A stretch of 64,000 bases of DNA, from positions 879,843-943,842 of the forward strand of contig BCKQ01000004.1 of assembly GCA_001600695.1 (NCBI GenBank), in the 5' to 3' direction. This DNA comes from Ascoidea asiatica JCM 7603. Taxonomy: Eukaryota > Fungi > Ascomycota. Below, in pieces: positions 33,113 to 44,706 of this stretch. The position numbers were made by a program, and so were the translations under genes. Every line of letters begins with the position of its first letter. The first letter of the stretch is position 1. The notes below the pieces were generated by a model. The model ran no database searches and had not been told where the DNA came from. It saw only the letters and a list, made by a program, of their open reading frames with translations.

Positions 33113-33644
33113 GTTATTATTATTATTATTATTAATACAGTAGTTACAATCAAAGAAATTATCAATTTCATTACCAGTGAAGAGGGACACGCGTCTAGCA
33201 GTTTCTTCGCGTAGCCATGTGCATTATCATGCACCACTTCTGAAGTACCACAACTGTGGATTTGAAGTCACATGCAGTTGCGCCACTATTTCTTTTTTTG
33301 CTCCACCAGCCTGCTTCTTGCTGATCTTTTTTTGGCTGTCCAATCAGCAGCCAGCACAATGTCAGCAGCGTGAAAGCATCGCTTCTGTGTGGCTGGTGAT
33401 TATATTCATCTTTCAAAACGTCTCAGGAAATGAAGATTCTCTTTGTTTGCAGTATTACAATTTATTGCAATTTCCATTTATTTATTAGCTAAAGTATTAA
33501 TAATATTCTTTTCCATTTCTTTCACCCCATGTATAAATATATGAATATATGAATATATGAATATAAAAAGATTACTTTTCTTCAATTAATCAACTAATAA
33601 TCAATCAATAATCCTTCAATATTCAATCAATTAATATATTAAAA

Positions 33645-34487
33645 ATGCCATTAATAGAAATTGAATCTGAAGATCAATTCTCAGAATTAACAAATAATGA
33701 ATCAATTTTAAATAAAGATAAATTAATTTTACTTTATTTTAAAACAGATTGGGCAAAACCATGTTTACAAATTAATAATGTTATTGAAACAATAAGTAAA
33801 ATTATAAAATTTAATAAAATTCAATTTATTTTAATAAATTCTGATAAATTTAATGAAATTTCAAATTTATTTGAAATTAATTCTGTACCATATTTTATTT
33901 TAATTAAAAATGGTATAATTTTAAAAGAATTTTCTGGTGCTGATCCAAAACAATTATCTTTAATTTTAAATCAATTTATTGATCAATCTAATAATGATAT
34001 TAATAAAGATTCAGATTCAAAATCTGAACAAATCATAGATTCAACAAAAACAGATGAACTTAAAAGTTCATCTGAAAATGATTCAAAACCTATAACTAAA
34101 TTAGAAACTAAATCTGAACCTAAATCTGAACCTGAACCTGAAACTGAAACTGAAACTGAAACTGAAACTGAAACTGAATTAAATGAAAGATTAAAAAAAA
34201 TAACAAGTGCAGCTCCAATAATGTTATTTATGAAAGGTAGTCCATCTCAACCAAAATGTGGATTTTCAAGACAAATGGTTGCAATATTAAGAGAAAATAA
34301 ATTACCTTTTGGATTTTTTGATATTTTAAAAGATGATTCCGTAAGACAAGGTTTAAAAACTTTTTCAGATTGGCCAACTTTTCCACAATTATATGTAAAT
34401 TCTGAATTTCAAGGTGGTTTAGATATAATTAAAGAAAATTTAAATGATGATCCTGATTTTTTTAAAGATTTAATAACTAAAAATTAA
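33645..34487 (+). CDS. GRX3: monothiol glutaredoxin Grx3/Grx4 (Trx plus Grx domains)
   Basis: WAKPC Trx-like motif; PKCGFSRQ; WPTFPQLY; GGLDII. Confidence 0.95.
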   Translation: MPLIEIESEDQFSELTNNESILNKDKLILLYFKTDWAKPCLQINNVIETISKIIKFNKIQFILINSDKFNEISNLFEINSVPYFILIKNGIILKEFSGADPKQLSLILNQFIDQSNNDINKDSDSKSEQIIDSTKTDELKSSSENDSKPITKLETKSEPKSEPEPETETETETETETELNERLKKITSAAPIMLFMKGSPSQPKCGFSRQMVAILRENKLPFGFFDILKDDSVRQGLKTFSDWPTFPQLYVNSEFQGGLDIIKENLNDDPDFFKDLITKN

Positions 34488-34604
34488 ATTAGAAATTTGA
34501 AATTTAATATATATATATATAAATACTTTGATAATTAAATATTTTAAATAAATAATTAAAAAAATCTAAATATCTTTTTTAAATATCTTTTTTAAATATC
34601 TTTT

Positions 34605-37228
34605 TTATATATTATCTAAATCTGAATCTGATAATATTTCTCCTTCACTACTAAATTCTTCAATTTCCTTTATAAAATTTTCTTTTTTTTCTTCATCACT
34701 TTCAATTATTGGATCTTCATCAAATTCATTTTCACTTAAACTTTCTTCAAATTCTTTAAAATTACTATCCATTTCATATTCTTCAATAATATCCCTTAAA
34801 TTAAAATTATCATATTTATTATCATTATTTTTATCAGTTGTAGTTTTATTTTCTTCATTATCATTATCTTCATTCACTTGAATATCATTATCTGAATAAA
34901 TTTCAGAAAAATTTCCACCTAATCTACTTAATAATAAATTTTTATCATCATTTAAAAAATTGAATTCTTTTAATTTATTTTTCTCAATTCTTTCTTTTTC
35001 TCTATCAATTTCTTTTTTATATTCCTTATTATATTCCTTATTATTATTTTGATAATAAAAATGAAATGATTTTAAATCAAATAATTTTTTTTTATTTATT
35101 ATTGGTTCATAAAATCCATGTAATAAATTTAAATCATTAAATCTAATCATCGAATTTATACAATTATTATTATTATTATTGTTATAACTAATTCGTTTAT
35201 TATAATTGAAAAACTTATAAATTTGAAATTTTTTAATATCAATAATTATTTTTTTTTGTTTTTTTAAAACTTTCCATTCTCTTGTAAATTTTAAATTATC
35301 AAAATTTTTTTTATTTTTATAATTGATTAAATTATTTTTAATATTTAATTTAAAACAATTTAATCTTGTATTTCTAATAATTAAATTAATTGAAATTTTA
35401 ATCATATTAAACTTTAAAAAAATATTTGAAATTGATAATATTGATAAAATTTTTAAAAAATTTAAATTAATTTTAAAATCATTTAAATTATTTAAATAAT
35501 TTTCTAAAATCATTAATGAAATTAAATTAATTTTATTTTCTGGTAAAATTTTTAAAATTTTATTACAATTTAAAAAAATTTCTTCATTTTCAATTAATTT
35601 TTTATTTTTATTTAATTCTTTTGAACCATAAATAATTTTTCCAATAAAATGAAATAAATCAATCTCATTTTCTTTACCAAATGTTAAATATTCATCATTA
35701 TTATTATTATTAGGAATAATTTTATTATTAAATTTTGATTTCCAAGTTGACCAAAATTGAAAATAATTTATTGAATTTCTAATATCACCAATTTTTGAAA
35801 TTTCATTAATTTTTTCATTTAATTCAAATTTATTTATTTTTTTAAAAATTTTTTTTTCATTAATTATAATTTTATTTAAATTATTTTTAATTAAAGTTTT
35901 ATTAATTGGATTAAAATTAATAATTTTAATATTTTTTAAATTTAAAATTTTATTACCAAAAATTGTATTAATATTATAATTATTATTAATATCATAATAA
36001 TTTAAATTTAAATTATCATAATTATTTGATAAATCACTATTATTATTATTAAATGTAAATTCAGAAATTGAGATAATTATTGGTGGTAAATTTTGAAAAG
36101 ATTTAATATTTAACCATTGATATAAAGAATTTCTAAATAAATTTTTTGTTTCTTGATGAAATATATTTGGTAAATCTTCTATTAATAAAATTGATAAATT
36201 TGAATTAATTCTATATTTCATTGAATTTAAAAAATCATTAAATGAATTCATATTACTTTTTATTGGATTTTCCCATTCAATTAAATTTATTTTATCTATT
36301 TTATCTATTTTATTATTATTGTTGTTGTTATTATTAATATTATTTCCTAAGTTATTAAAAGAATTTGATAAATAAGAATTTTTATTATTATTTAAAATAT
36401 CATTTGATGAAATAATTTCAGATAATAATTTAATTGTAGTACTTTTAGAAGTACCTGAAGGACCTTTTAAAATTAATAATCTTATATTTGAATTTTTATT
36501 TAACATTTTAATTAAAATTTCTTTAACATCATTTAATTTTTTTTTATGTAAAGCTAAATCAGATAATAAATTTGGTTTATATTTTTCAATCCAAGATATG
36601 TTGTCGTTTTCATGAATTATTTTAGTTTTAATTGAGATTGGAATTGAAGTATTTAAGTTATGATAATTATTATGTTTATTATAAGATTGATCTATGATAT
36701 TAAAAGATTTTGATATGAATTTTTTTCTTTTATTATTTGTAATACTTATGTTACTATTATTAATATTAGTATTAATGATATTTTTAGATTTATAATATTG
36801 AAACTCATTAAAACTTATTGATTCTAAAGTATCATTTTGTTTTTTTGATTTAATATTCTTTTTGTTCTTGATAATATTATGAAGTTTAGTATTCGATTTA
36901 ATATCAGTATTTATATCAGTATCAGTATCAGTTTCAGTATCAGATTGATTATGAAAATCATTATTATTTTTTGTATTGGTATTAATATCCCATTGTTCAT
37001 CATCTAAATCAATAATTAAATTTGGATCAATTTTATTTATTTTATTAATTAATTGATTATTAGATTGAATTTTTCTTTCTCTTTCTCTTTTTCTTTTTCT
37101 TTTTCCATTTAGTTTTTTAATTGGAGAAGATTTAAATACTTTTCTATTAATTGATAAATTATTATTATTTTCAGGTAATGAATATTTCATATTCTTGATT
37201 GAGATTATAGAAGAATCATTTTCAATTG

Positions 37229-37264
<36 letters not shown>

Positions 37265-37412
37265 TATCATTGTTATTCTTACTGTTATTATCAGATTCAC
37301 TTGATTTATCAAAATCACTTGATAAAATTATAATTTTTTTATTTGATTTTTTTTTTCTATGAGCGGGAAAAGATTTACTTTTATTTATGAATTTATTAAT
37401 TGAATTAGCCAT
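34605..37412 (-). CDS. RAD24: checkpoint clamp loader large subunit (Rad24/Rad17)
   Basis: WIEKYKP, LALHKKKL, GPSGTSKST, LLIEDLPN, GDIRNSIN, DLFHFIGKIIYG. Confidence 0.92.
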
Positions 37413-37789
37413 TAATTATCCAAATTGGATTTGAATTATCAATTAAAATATTATTTCCTTACTTTTTTGCTCAATCATTCCTGTTTGTGATTGAAAATAT
37501 TAATTCTTCAGCGTCTAATTCAAACTTCAATTCTCTTTTTTATCAGCAAAATAAACCTTTCTACAAGTAGATTTAATTCGTACGTATTTCTATAGTGAAT
37601 AAATGACAATAATTATATTCCAATTATATTCCAATTATATTCCACTTCAATCACCTGACGTGACACGTGACTTTTGAATATTTCAATTTCCTTGGATGGT
37701 CACGTGTCCGTTGATCAAAAACTGTTTACTTTTTTATTAATATTATTTATAAACTGAATTTGGTATTTATTTTGATCCTTTTATTCTCA

Positions 37790-37880
37790 TTCACTTATCA
37801 ATCACTTATCAATCATTAATCAATCATTAATCAATCATTAATCAATCATTAATCAATTATCAATCATTAATCATCAATCA
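37790..37880. repeat. 11-bp tandem repeat (ATCAATCATTA / ATCAATCACTT)n upstream of SDS22
   Basis: Read directly. Confidence 0.8.
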
Positions 37881-37919
37881 GTTATCAAACACTAATCATT
37901 TCATTAAACAGATAATAAA

Positions 37920-39110
37920 ATGTCTGGACTTGAAAATATTCAAAATTTAACATTAGAAGAGAATGAGATAAATTCAGAAATCAACAAAATAGAAGAAGAG
38001 AATATTCATCTTCATGACAAGATTTATGATAATGATGAATTTTTTTCAGAAACTGATGAAGAACAGGAACAAGAGAAAGAAGAAGATATAGAAGAAAATA
38101 ATATAAAAAATTTAAAAGGAAATTCTTTAGAATATGTTAATTTTCCAGGAAAAATTATACCTGATAATAAAATTCAAGAAATTGAATGTGATTTTAATTT
38201 AACAAAAGATTTATCAAATAATATAAAAAATCTTGATTTAATTCATTTAAAAATTCAATCATTAAAATCTTTAAATTTAGAAAAATTTAATAATTTAAAT
38301 TCAATTTGTTTAAGACAAAATTTAATTCAAAGTTTATCAAATTTAATATTATTAAATAAAAATTCAATTTTAAAAATTTATGAATTAGATTTTTATGATA
38401 ATAGAATTAATCATATTTCTTCACAAATTAATAATTTTAAAAATTTAAAAATTTTAGATTTATCATTTAATAAAATTAAAAATATTAAAAATTTATCAAA
38501 TTTAAAAAAACTTGAAAATTTATATTTTGTTCAAAATAAAATTAAAGAAATTTCAAATTTATCAAATTTAAAAAATTTAAAAAATTTAGAATTAGGTGGT
38601 AATAAATTAATTAAATTAAATAAAGATTTATTAAATTTAAAAAATTTAGAAGAATTATGGGTTGGTAAAAATAAAATTTTAAAATTTGAAAATTTAGATA
38701 ATTTAATTAATTTAAAAATTTTATCAATTCAATCAAATAAATTAATAAAAATTGAAAATTTAAATAATTTAATAAATTTAAAAGAATTATATTTATCAGA
38801 TAATAATATAAAAAAAATTGAGAATTTAAATAATTTAAAAAATTTAAAAATTTTAGATATATCAAATAATAAAATTTTAAAATTAGAAAATTTAAATAAT
38901 TTAATTAATTTAACAGATTTATGGGCATCAAATAATTTTCTTAATGATTTTAATAATATTGGTAATGAATTAAAAAATTGTAAAAAAATTGAAAGTGTTT
39001 ATTTTGAAGGTAATCCAATTCAAAAAAAAAATATTTTAAGTTATAGAAGAAAAATTAAAATTTATCTTAATACATCTTTAAAACAAATTGATGCAAATTT
39101 CATTCGATAA
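37920..39110 (+). CDS. SDS22: PP1 regulatory subunit Sds22 (leucine-rich repeats)
   Basis: LRQNLI, ELDFYDNRINHI, NLYFVQNKI, LELGGN, LWVGKNKI, YFEGNPIQ...YRRKI...QIDA. Confidence 0.95.
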   Translation: MSGLENIQNLTLEENEINSEINKIEEENIHLHDKIYDNDEFFSETDEEQEQEKEEDIEENNIKNLKGNSLEYVNFPGKIIPDNKIQEIECDFNLTKDLSNNIKNLDLIHLKIQSLKSLNLEKFNNLNSICLRQNLIQSLSNLILLNKNSILKIYELDFYDNRINHISSQINNFKNLKILDLSFNKIKNIKNLSNLKKLENLYFVQNKIKEISNLSNLKNLKNLELGGNKLIKLNKDLLNLKNLEELWVGKNKILKFENLDNLINLKILSIQSNKLIKIENLNNLINLKELYLSDNNIKKIENLNNLKNLKILDISNNKILKLENLNNLINLTDLWASNNFLNDFNNIGNELKNCKKIESVYFEGNPIQKKNILSYRRKIKIYLNTSLKQIDANFIR

Positions 39111-39159
39111 AGAGGGTAATTATATATAAAATTTAAAATTTAAAAATATTTTTAATAAA

Positions 39160-40035
39160 TTAATTTTGTTCAAATACATAAATTCTTGCTTTTCTTTCAA
39201 TTGAAGGTTTTGTTGTTAATTTTTCATTATTTGTTCTTTTATGAGAATATTCTGGAAATAAATTCCAATTAAAATTTTGAGATATTAAAGTTTTTAAATT
39301 ATTTAATTTTGCTAAATCTTTTATATTCCAAGAATTATAAGGTTCACCTTCAAATAAAGTTACAATAATTTTACCATTAATTTTATCATTAATATTTAAA
39401 ATTTTTAAAAATTCAATAGAACTTTTAAAATAATTTATCATTAAATCTTGATGAGATTTTATATTTCTTTTAATATCTTTAATACCTTTACCATTATGAG
39501 GAAAATTAAAAATAATATAATTTAAATAAAAATTATTATTAATAAATAAATTTTTAATTTTTTTAAAACCACCAAATGAATTTATTAAATTTTTACAATC
39601 TATATTAAAAAATAAATTTTTATTAATTTTAAAATTATAATTATTAATTAAAATATTTAAATTTTTTTCAATAGAATTTGGATATTTTAATTTTAAAATT
39701 TCAATAGAATTATCAAAAATTGTAATTATTAAATTTTTTGAATTTATAAAATTATTTTTTAAAATTGAAATTGAAAATGATAAATCACCTTCACCAATTA
39801 ATAAAATTTTATCATTATTATTAAAAGGTATGTAATTATTATTATTATTATTATTATTATTATTTTGAAGTTTTTTTAATTTATTAATCTTATTAATCTT
39901 ATTGTTATTAGAGTTAATAATTTTTAATGAATTTTTTTGAAATAATTTAATTTTAGATTGATGATTTAAAAGAGCAAGTTTTAAACCTTTACCTTTAGTT
40001 TTATTTCCATTATTACTTTTAGTCTTCTTACCCAT
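39160..40035 (-). CDS. BMT5: 25S rRNA m3U2634 methyltransferase Bmt5 (DUF2431)
   Basis: ILLIGEGDLSFS, IIFNFPHNGKG, VTLFEGEPYNSWNI, YSHKRTN. Confidence 0.92.
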   Translation of the reverse strand: MGKKTKSNNGNKTKGKGLKLALLNHQSKIKLFQKNSLKIINSNNNKINKINKLKKLQNNNNNNNNNNYIPFNNNDKILLIGEGDLSFSISILKNNFINSKNLIITIFDNSIEILKLKYPNSIEKNLNILINNYNFKINKNLFFNIDCKNLINSFGGFKKIKNLFINNNFYLNYIIFNFPHNGKGIKDIKRNIKSHQDLMINYFKSSIEFLKILNINDKINGKIIVTLFEGEPYNSWNIKDLAKLNNLKTLISQNFNWNLFPEYSHKRTNNEKLTTKPSIERKARIYVFEQN

Positions 40036-40362
40036 TGTTTACTTTATATATGATATATGATATATGATATATTATATATGATAGTTAATAGTTAATGTTA
40101 CTTGTTTATTTTATATATTATATATACAGTATTTTATATATATTATATATATATATTATATATTATATATTATATATTACAAATTAATCAAACAGGTCAC
40201 ATGACTACAAAATAGAAATAAGAAAAGAAATAGTAATATAATAAATATGATATAGTAAGTAAAGTAAGTAAAGTAAGTAAAGTGGTATGATATAATACAA
40301 GTAAGTGATATAATAAATATGATATAGTATAATGAATATGATATGATATAGTGGTATGGATA

Positions 40363-40545
40363 TTAATAATAGAAGTTTAATTTGTTATTAATTACTTTAT
40401 TATTATTATTATTATTATTAATATTAATTGAAGGACTTGGTTCAAATTCTCTATTATTATTGTTATTGTATTGAGATTTTGAATTTGAATTATTTTCTCT
40501 TAAGAATCTATTAATTCTTTCAGGTTCATTTGAATAAATTGACAT
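40363..40545 (-). CDS. putative small protein (60 aa), unknown
   Basis: ATG in ATAATG context; non-repetitive N-terminus MSIYSNEPERINRFLRE; only plausible gene in a 1.4 kb gap. Confidence 0.4.
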   Translation of the reverse strand: MSIYSNEPERINRFLRENNSNSKSQYNNNNNREFEPSPSININNNNNNNKVINNKLNFYY

Positions 40546-41352
40546 TATGATAAATGATGATTGTAGTTTGTAATTGATAAAGTAATTGAATAATATAAAA
40601 TTTAATATAATAAGTAGAAATATAAGATAATTAGATTAATTTATATTAAAATTGAATAAATAAATAAATTAATAAATACAAATATAAATAAATACAATAA
40701 CAATAACAATAACAATGTTTGGATTGGATTGACATTGAAGTGGATAATTGATGAATAATCAAATATTATTATTTAATGATTTTATTATTTAAAAGTAGGC
40801 CCTGGAATAAATTTACTTAAAATAGTACCAAAATAAAGAGTTATTCTCTGTTGAAGAACTCTAAGCCCATTGTTTATAAAAAGAGAGAAAAGAATAAGAA
40901 AAGAATAACTTTGTTTGTTTCGTTCTTGTCTCTTAGCTGTTTGTGTTCTCTGTTTGTAGCTCTGGTGGCTTCAATTCTTCTTTTCTCTTGTTACAGAAAG
41001 TATTTTAATACTACAGTACTTCAAATCTTTAATGCTCATCGCATATTTCTTTCGTATCCGAATTAATTCTTTATTACTTACTTACTTCTATTAATGAATT
41101 GTATTGAAACTTATATCTTTAATAATATATTAATAATATATACTATTATAATATACTAGTACTAGTATATATCATGTGATTACTTATTATCTTGAATTCT
41201 TCCAATTAAAACGGCTTTAAAATAAGTAAATTTAGAAAATAACGGAGTTTTCATTCAATACGTAAATAAATAAAGAAGTAAAGAAGTAAAGAAGTAAAGA
41301 AGTAAAGAACTGAACTGAAGAGATAATTAACACTAGATAATTAACACTAGAT

Positions 41353-41431
41353 AAATATAAATATAAATATAAATATAAATATAAATATAAATATAAATAA
41401 ATATAAATAAATATAAATAAATATAAATATA
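41353..41431. repeat. (AAATAT)n microsatellite upstream of the NDUFS5 gene
   Basis: Read directly. Confidence 0.85.
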
Positions 41432-41435
41432 TCAA

Positions 41436-41793
41436 ATGTCAAGTGGTTATGGTTTAAGAGGTGGTCCAAATCGTTGTTTTGGAGGTATGCATTGCAATCA
41501 TTAAATTACAAACATTATACAATAAATTACTAACAATAATATATAATAATAATATATAATAATAATAATTAGAATGGCAACGTTTTATGGAATGTTATAC
41601 AAATGAAAATTCAAAAAATTCAATTCAATGTCGTCCAAATGCTGAAGATTATCTTGAATGTCTTCATCATACAAAAGAAAAAGCAAGAACAATGATAATA
41701 AAATCAACTTTAGAAAATAAATCAAAAGATTTTAAAAATTCAATTGTTTTAACAACTTCTGAACCTCAAGCTCTAGGTTTTATATCAAAATAA
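41436..41793 (+). CDS. complex I subunit NDUFS5 (NIPM), 2 exons (41436-41484, 41573-41793), 89 aa
   Basis: MSSGYGLRGGPNRCFGEWQRFMECY..C.PNAEDYLECLHHTKEK twin CX9C; GTATGC donor, TACTAAC branch, TAG acceptor at 41572. Confidence 0.92.
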
Positions 41794-42176
41794 TATTCAC
41801 TATTATTCTAATAATAAATAATGTTAAATACTATCTTTATATCAATATATTACTATAATAATATAATAATATAATAATAATTCAATGAATTTAAATCATT
41901 GAATGGTTACGTAACCTGTTACATAATACACGTATCACATGACTACCACCTGTTTGAGTTTTCGCGTGTGTTTTTCATTTGTTTTGTTTTGTTTTGTTTA
42001 CTTACTTATTTACTACTTTACTACTAATTGTTAATATTACTTACTTGCCTAATTCATCATCTTTCTTAATTTGAATTTTGTATTATATTATCATTTTATT
42101 ATCTAATTATATTATATTATCTTATTATATATTATATCATTACAGTACTAGTCCTAATTTTATTAACATAATTATT

Positions 42177-42602
42177 ATGTCTGGTGGTAAAACTCATAGT
42201 GGTGGTGGTAAAGGTAAATCAAATTCAGAAATTTCAAATAAATTATCTTCATCATCTTCAAAAGCTGGTTTACAATTTCCTGTTGGTAGAATTAAAAGAT
42301 TTTTAAAAAAAAAAGCTCAAAATAAATCAAGAGTTGGTGCAAAAGCTGCTGTTTATTTAACTGCAGTTTTAGAATATTTATCTGCTGAAGTTTTAGAATT
42401 AGCTGGTAATGCTGCAAAAGATTTAAAAGTTAAAAGAATTACTCCAAGACATTTACAATTAGCTATAAGAGGTGATGAAGAATTAGATACTTTAATTAAA
42501 GCAACTATAGCTTATGGTGGTGTTTTACCTCATATTAATCCTGCTTTATTAGCTAAAATTGAAAATAAAAAAAAATTATCTATAAGACCAATAATAAGTT
42601 AA
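42177..42602 (+). CDS. HTZ1: histone variant H2A.Z
   Basis: [41 protein letters not shown]; true start is ATG 42177. Confidence 0.97.
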   Translation: MSGGKTHSGGGKGKSNSEISNKLSSSSSKAGLQFPVGRIKRFLKKKAQNKSRVGAKAAVYLTAVLEYLSAEVLELAGNAAKDLKVKRITPRHLQLAIRGDEELDTLIKATIAYGGVLPHINPALLAKIENKKKLSIRPIIS

Positions 42603-42868
42603 TTATTTATTTATTTACCTCTTTAACTACTTCTTTTATTCTTTTCTGTCTTATTTTTTTATTTATCTATAGTTTTTATCATCTTTTCTTTTCTTTTAAT
42701 GTATACTAGTTATTATTAATATAATTCTTTATTCTAAATTTTTATTCTAAATTTTTATTCTAATTTTCAGGGGCAATAAAAAAAATAAAAAAAATAAAAA
42801 ACCAGCACGTGTCTCACTTCTCACTTGATACTAACAAATAATAAAAAACTATAAATTTACACAAATAA

Positions 42869-42965
42869 GCCTGGCTAGCGTAATGGTTAACGCGTCTGAC
42901 TTCTATAAGAAATAACTTTCAATAAAGTCATCAGAAGATTGTGGGTTCGACTCCCACGTCGGGTG
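42869..42965 (+). tRNA. tRNA-Arg(UCU) with a 24-nt intron (42906-42929)
   Basis: Acceptor GCCTGGC/GTCGGGT, D arm GCGT/ACGC, anticodon stem TCTGA/TCAGA with TCT at 42902-42904, T arm GTGGG-TTCGACT-CCCAC, oligo-T terminator just downstream. Confidence 0.95.
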
Positions 42966-43209
42966 CTTTTTTATTAACTTTTTTTTTTTTTTTTTTCTTC
43001 TTCTTTCCTTATTAAGGATCCACTGTTCTGGTACCGTTGTACTTTTATTTTATTCTTTTTTATTTCATTTAATTTCAAAAATTCATTTTTCTTCTCTGCA
43101 AATTTTTTTCCCTTTAATTTTTTAAAATAAAAATCTTTTTTTTTATATATTTTAAATTATCTCCATTATTAATCAAATACATTTAATTTATATATTATTC
43201 AATATAATC

Positions 43210-43593
43210 ATGTCTACAATAAATAAATATACTTGTAATACTTGTGGTATTGCATTTGAATTATCAAATTCTCAAAGAGATCATATGAAATCTGAATGGC
43301 ATAGATATAATTTAAAAAGAAGAGTTGCTAAATTACCTGCAATTGTTGAAATTTTATTTAATAATAAAGTAATTAAAAATAATATTGAAAAAAATATTAT
43401 TAATACTACTACCAATAATAAAACAAGTATAAGTATAAGTATAAATGATGATGATAATAATAATAATAATAATATTAATAATATTAATGGTAAAAAAAAA
43501 ATTAGAACTATAACTAAAAAAGAATTAAAATTACAACAAAAAAAATTATTAGAATTAGCTAAAATTCAAATAAATCAAAATATTGAAATAAAA

Positions 43594-43633
<40 letters not shown>

Positions 43634-44595
43634 TAATTTTAAATTCAAATACTTTAGATATAATAAAAGAAGATTCAATTCTCATCAATGATAATAAAAT
43701 TGAAGAAATTGAAAAATTTAATAAATTATCTTTAGAAGAACAACAAGATATTATAATGGAAGAAAAATTTAAAAATAATCAAAATTTTAAAATTCCAATT
43801 AATACATGTTTATTTTGTACAAAATCAAAAAATTTTATTAATTTAAATGATAATATTAATCATATGTTTAAAAATCATGGTTTATATTTACCTGAACAAA
43901 AATTTTTAATTAATTTAAATGGTTTAATTAATTATTTATCTGAAAAAATTTCAATTGGTAATATTTGTTTATGTTGTAATTATCAAGGTAAAGATTTAAA
44001 TGCTGTTAGAACTCATATGATTGATAAACGTCATTGTTTTGTACCTTATGATACTGAAGATCAAAAATTAGAAATTGGTTCATTTTATGATTTTAGATCA
44101 ACTTATAAAGATAAAAATAAAAATAAAAATAAAAATAAAAATAAAAATAAAATTATTCATAATACTGATGATGATAATAACCAATGGGAAGATGTATCTG
44201 ATGATGATAATGACGATGAAAACAATAATAATGATGATGATAATGATGACGATGAAAGTGAAGAAGAAGCTCCAATTGATTATATTTATACCGATAGTGA
44301 TGGTATTGAACTTCATTTACCAACTGGATTAAAAGTTGGTCATAGAGCTTTAGCAAGATATTATAAACAAGATTTAAAACCAGATAAAGTATATCCTGAT
44401 GGTCAAGGAACTGTTTTAGCTGCTGAATCAAGACATCAATTATTAATAACTGATTCAAATTTTACTTCTAAACAACAATATGCTCAAACAAAAAGATATT
44501 GGAAATCAAAAACTAGAAATGATAATATTAACTTCAAAAGATCTCAGAAATTTATGAATAATCAACCACATTATAGAGATCAACTTTTGCAATAA
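43210..44595 (+). CDS. REI1: cytoplasmic pre-60S maturation factor Rei1 (C2H2 zinc fingers)
   Basis: YTCNTC..HMKSEWHRYNLKRRVA, HMFKNHGLYLPE, C-terminal NNQPHYRDQLLQ. Confidence 0.93.
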
Positions 44596-44706
44596 TTTAA
44601 TTTATTCATCTATATTCTTTATTTTCAATTTTGTCATACTTTCTTAAAATACCTCTTTATGATACTGTTTCAAATTTCTTTCCATTTTTTTTTTTTCTAT
44701 ATTAAT

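Noticed and set aside
42078-42176. N-terminal extensions in the ORF track for HTZ1 (and likewise HPT1 56491-56625)
   Set aside because: Arise from TTG starts; homology begins at the downstream ATG
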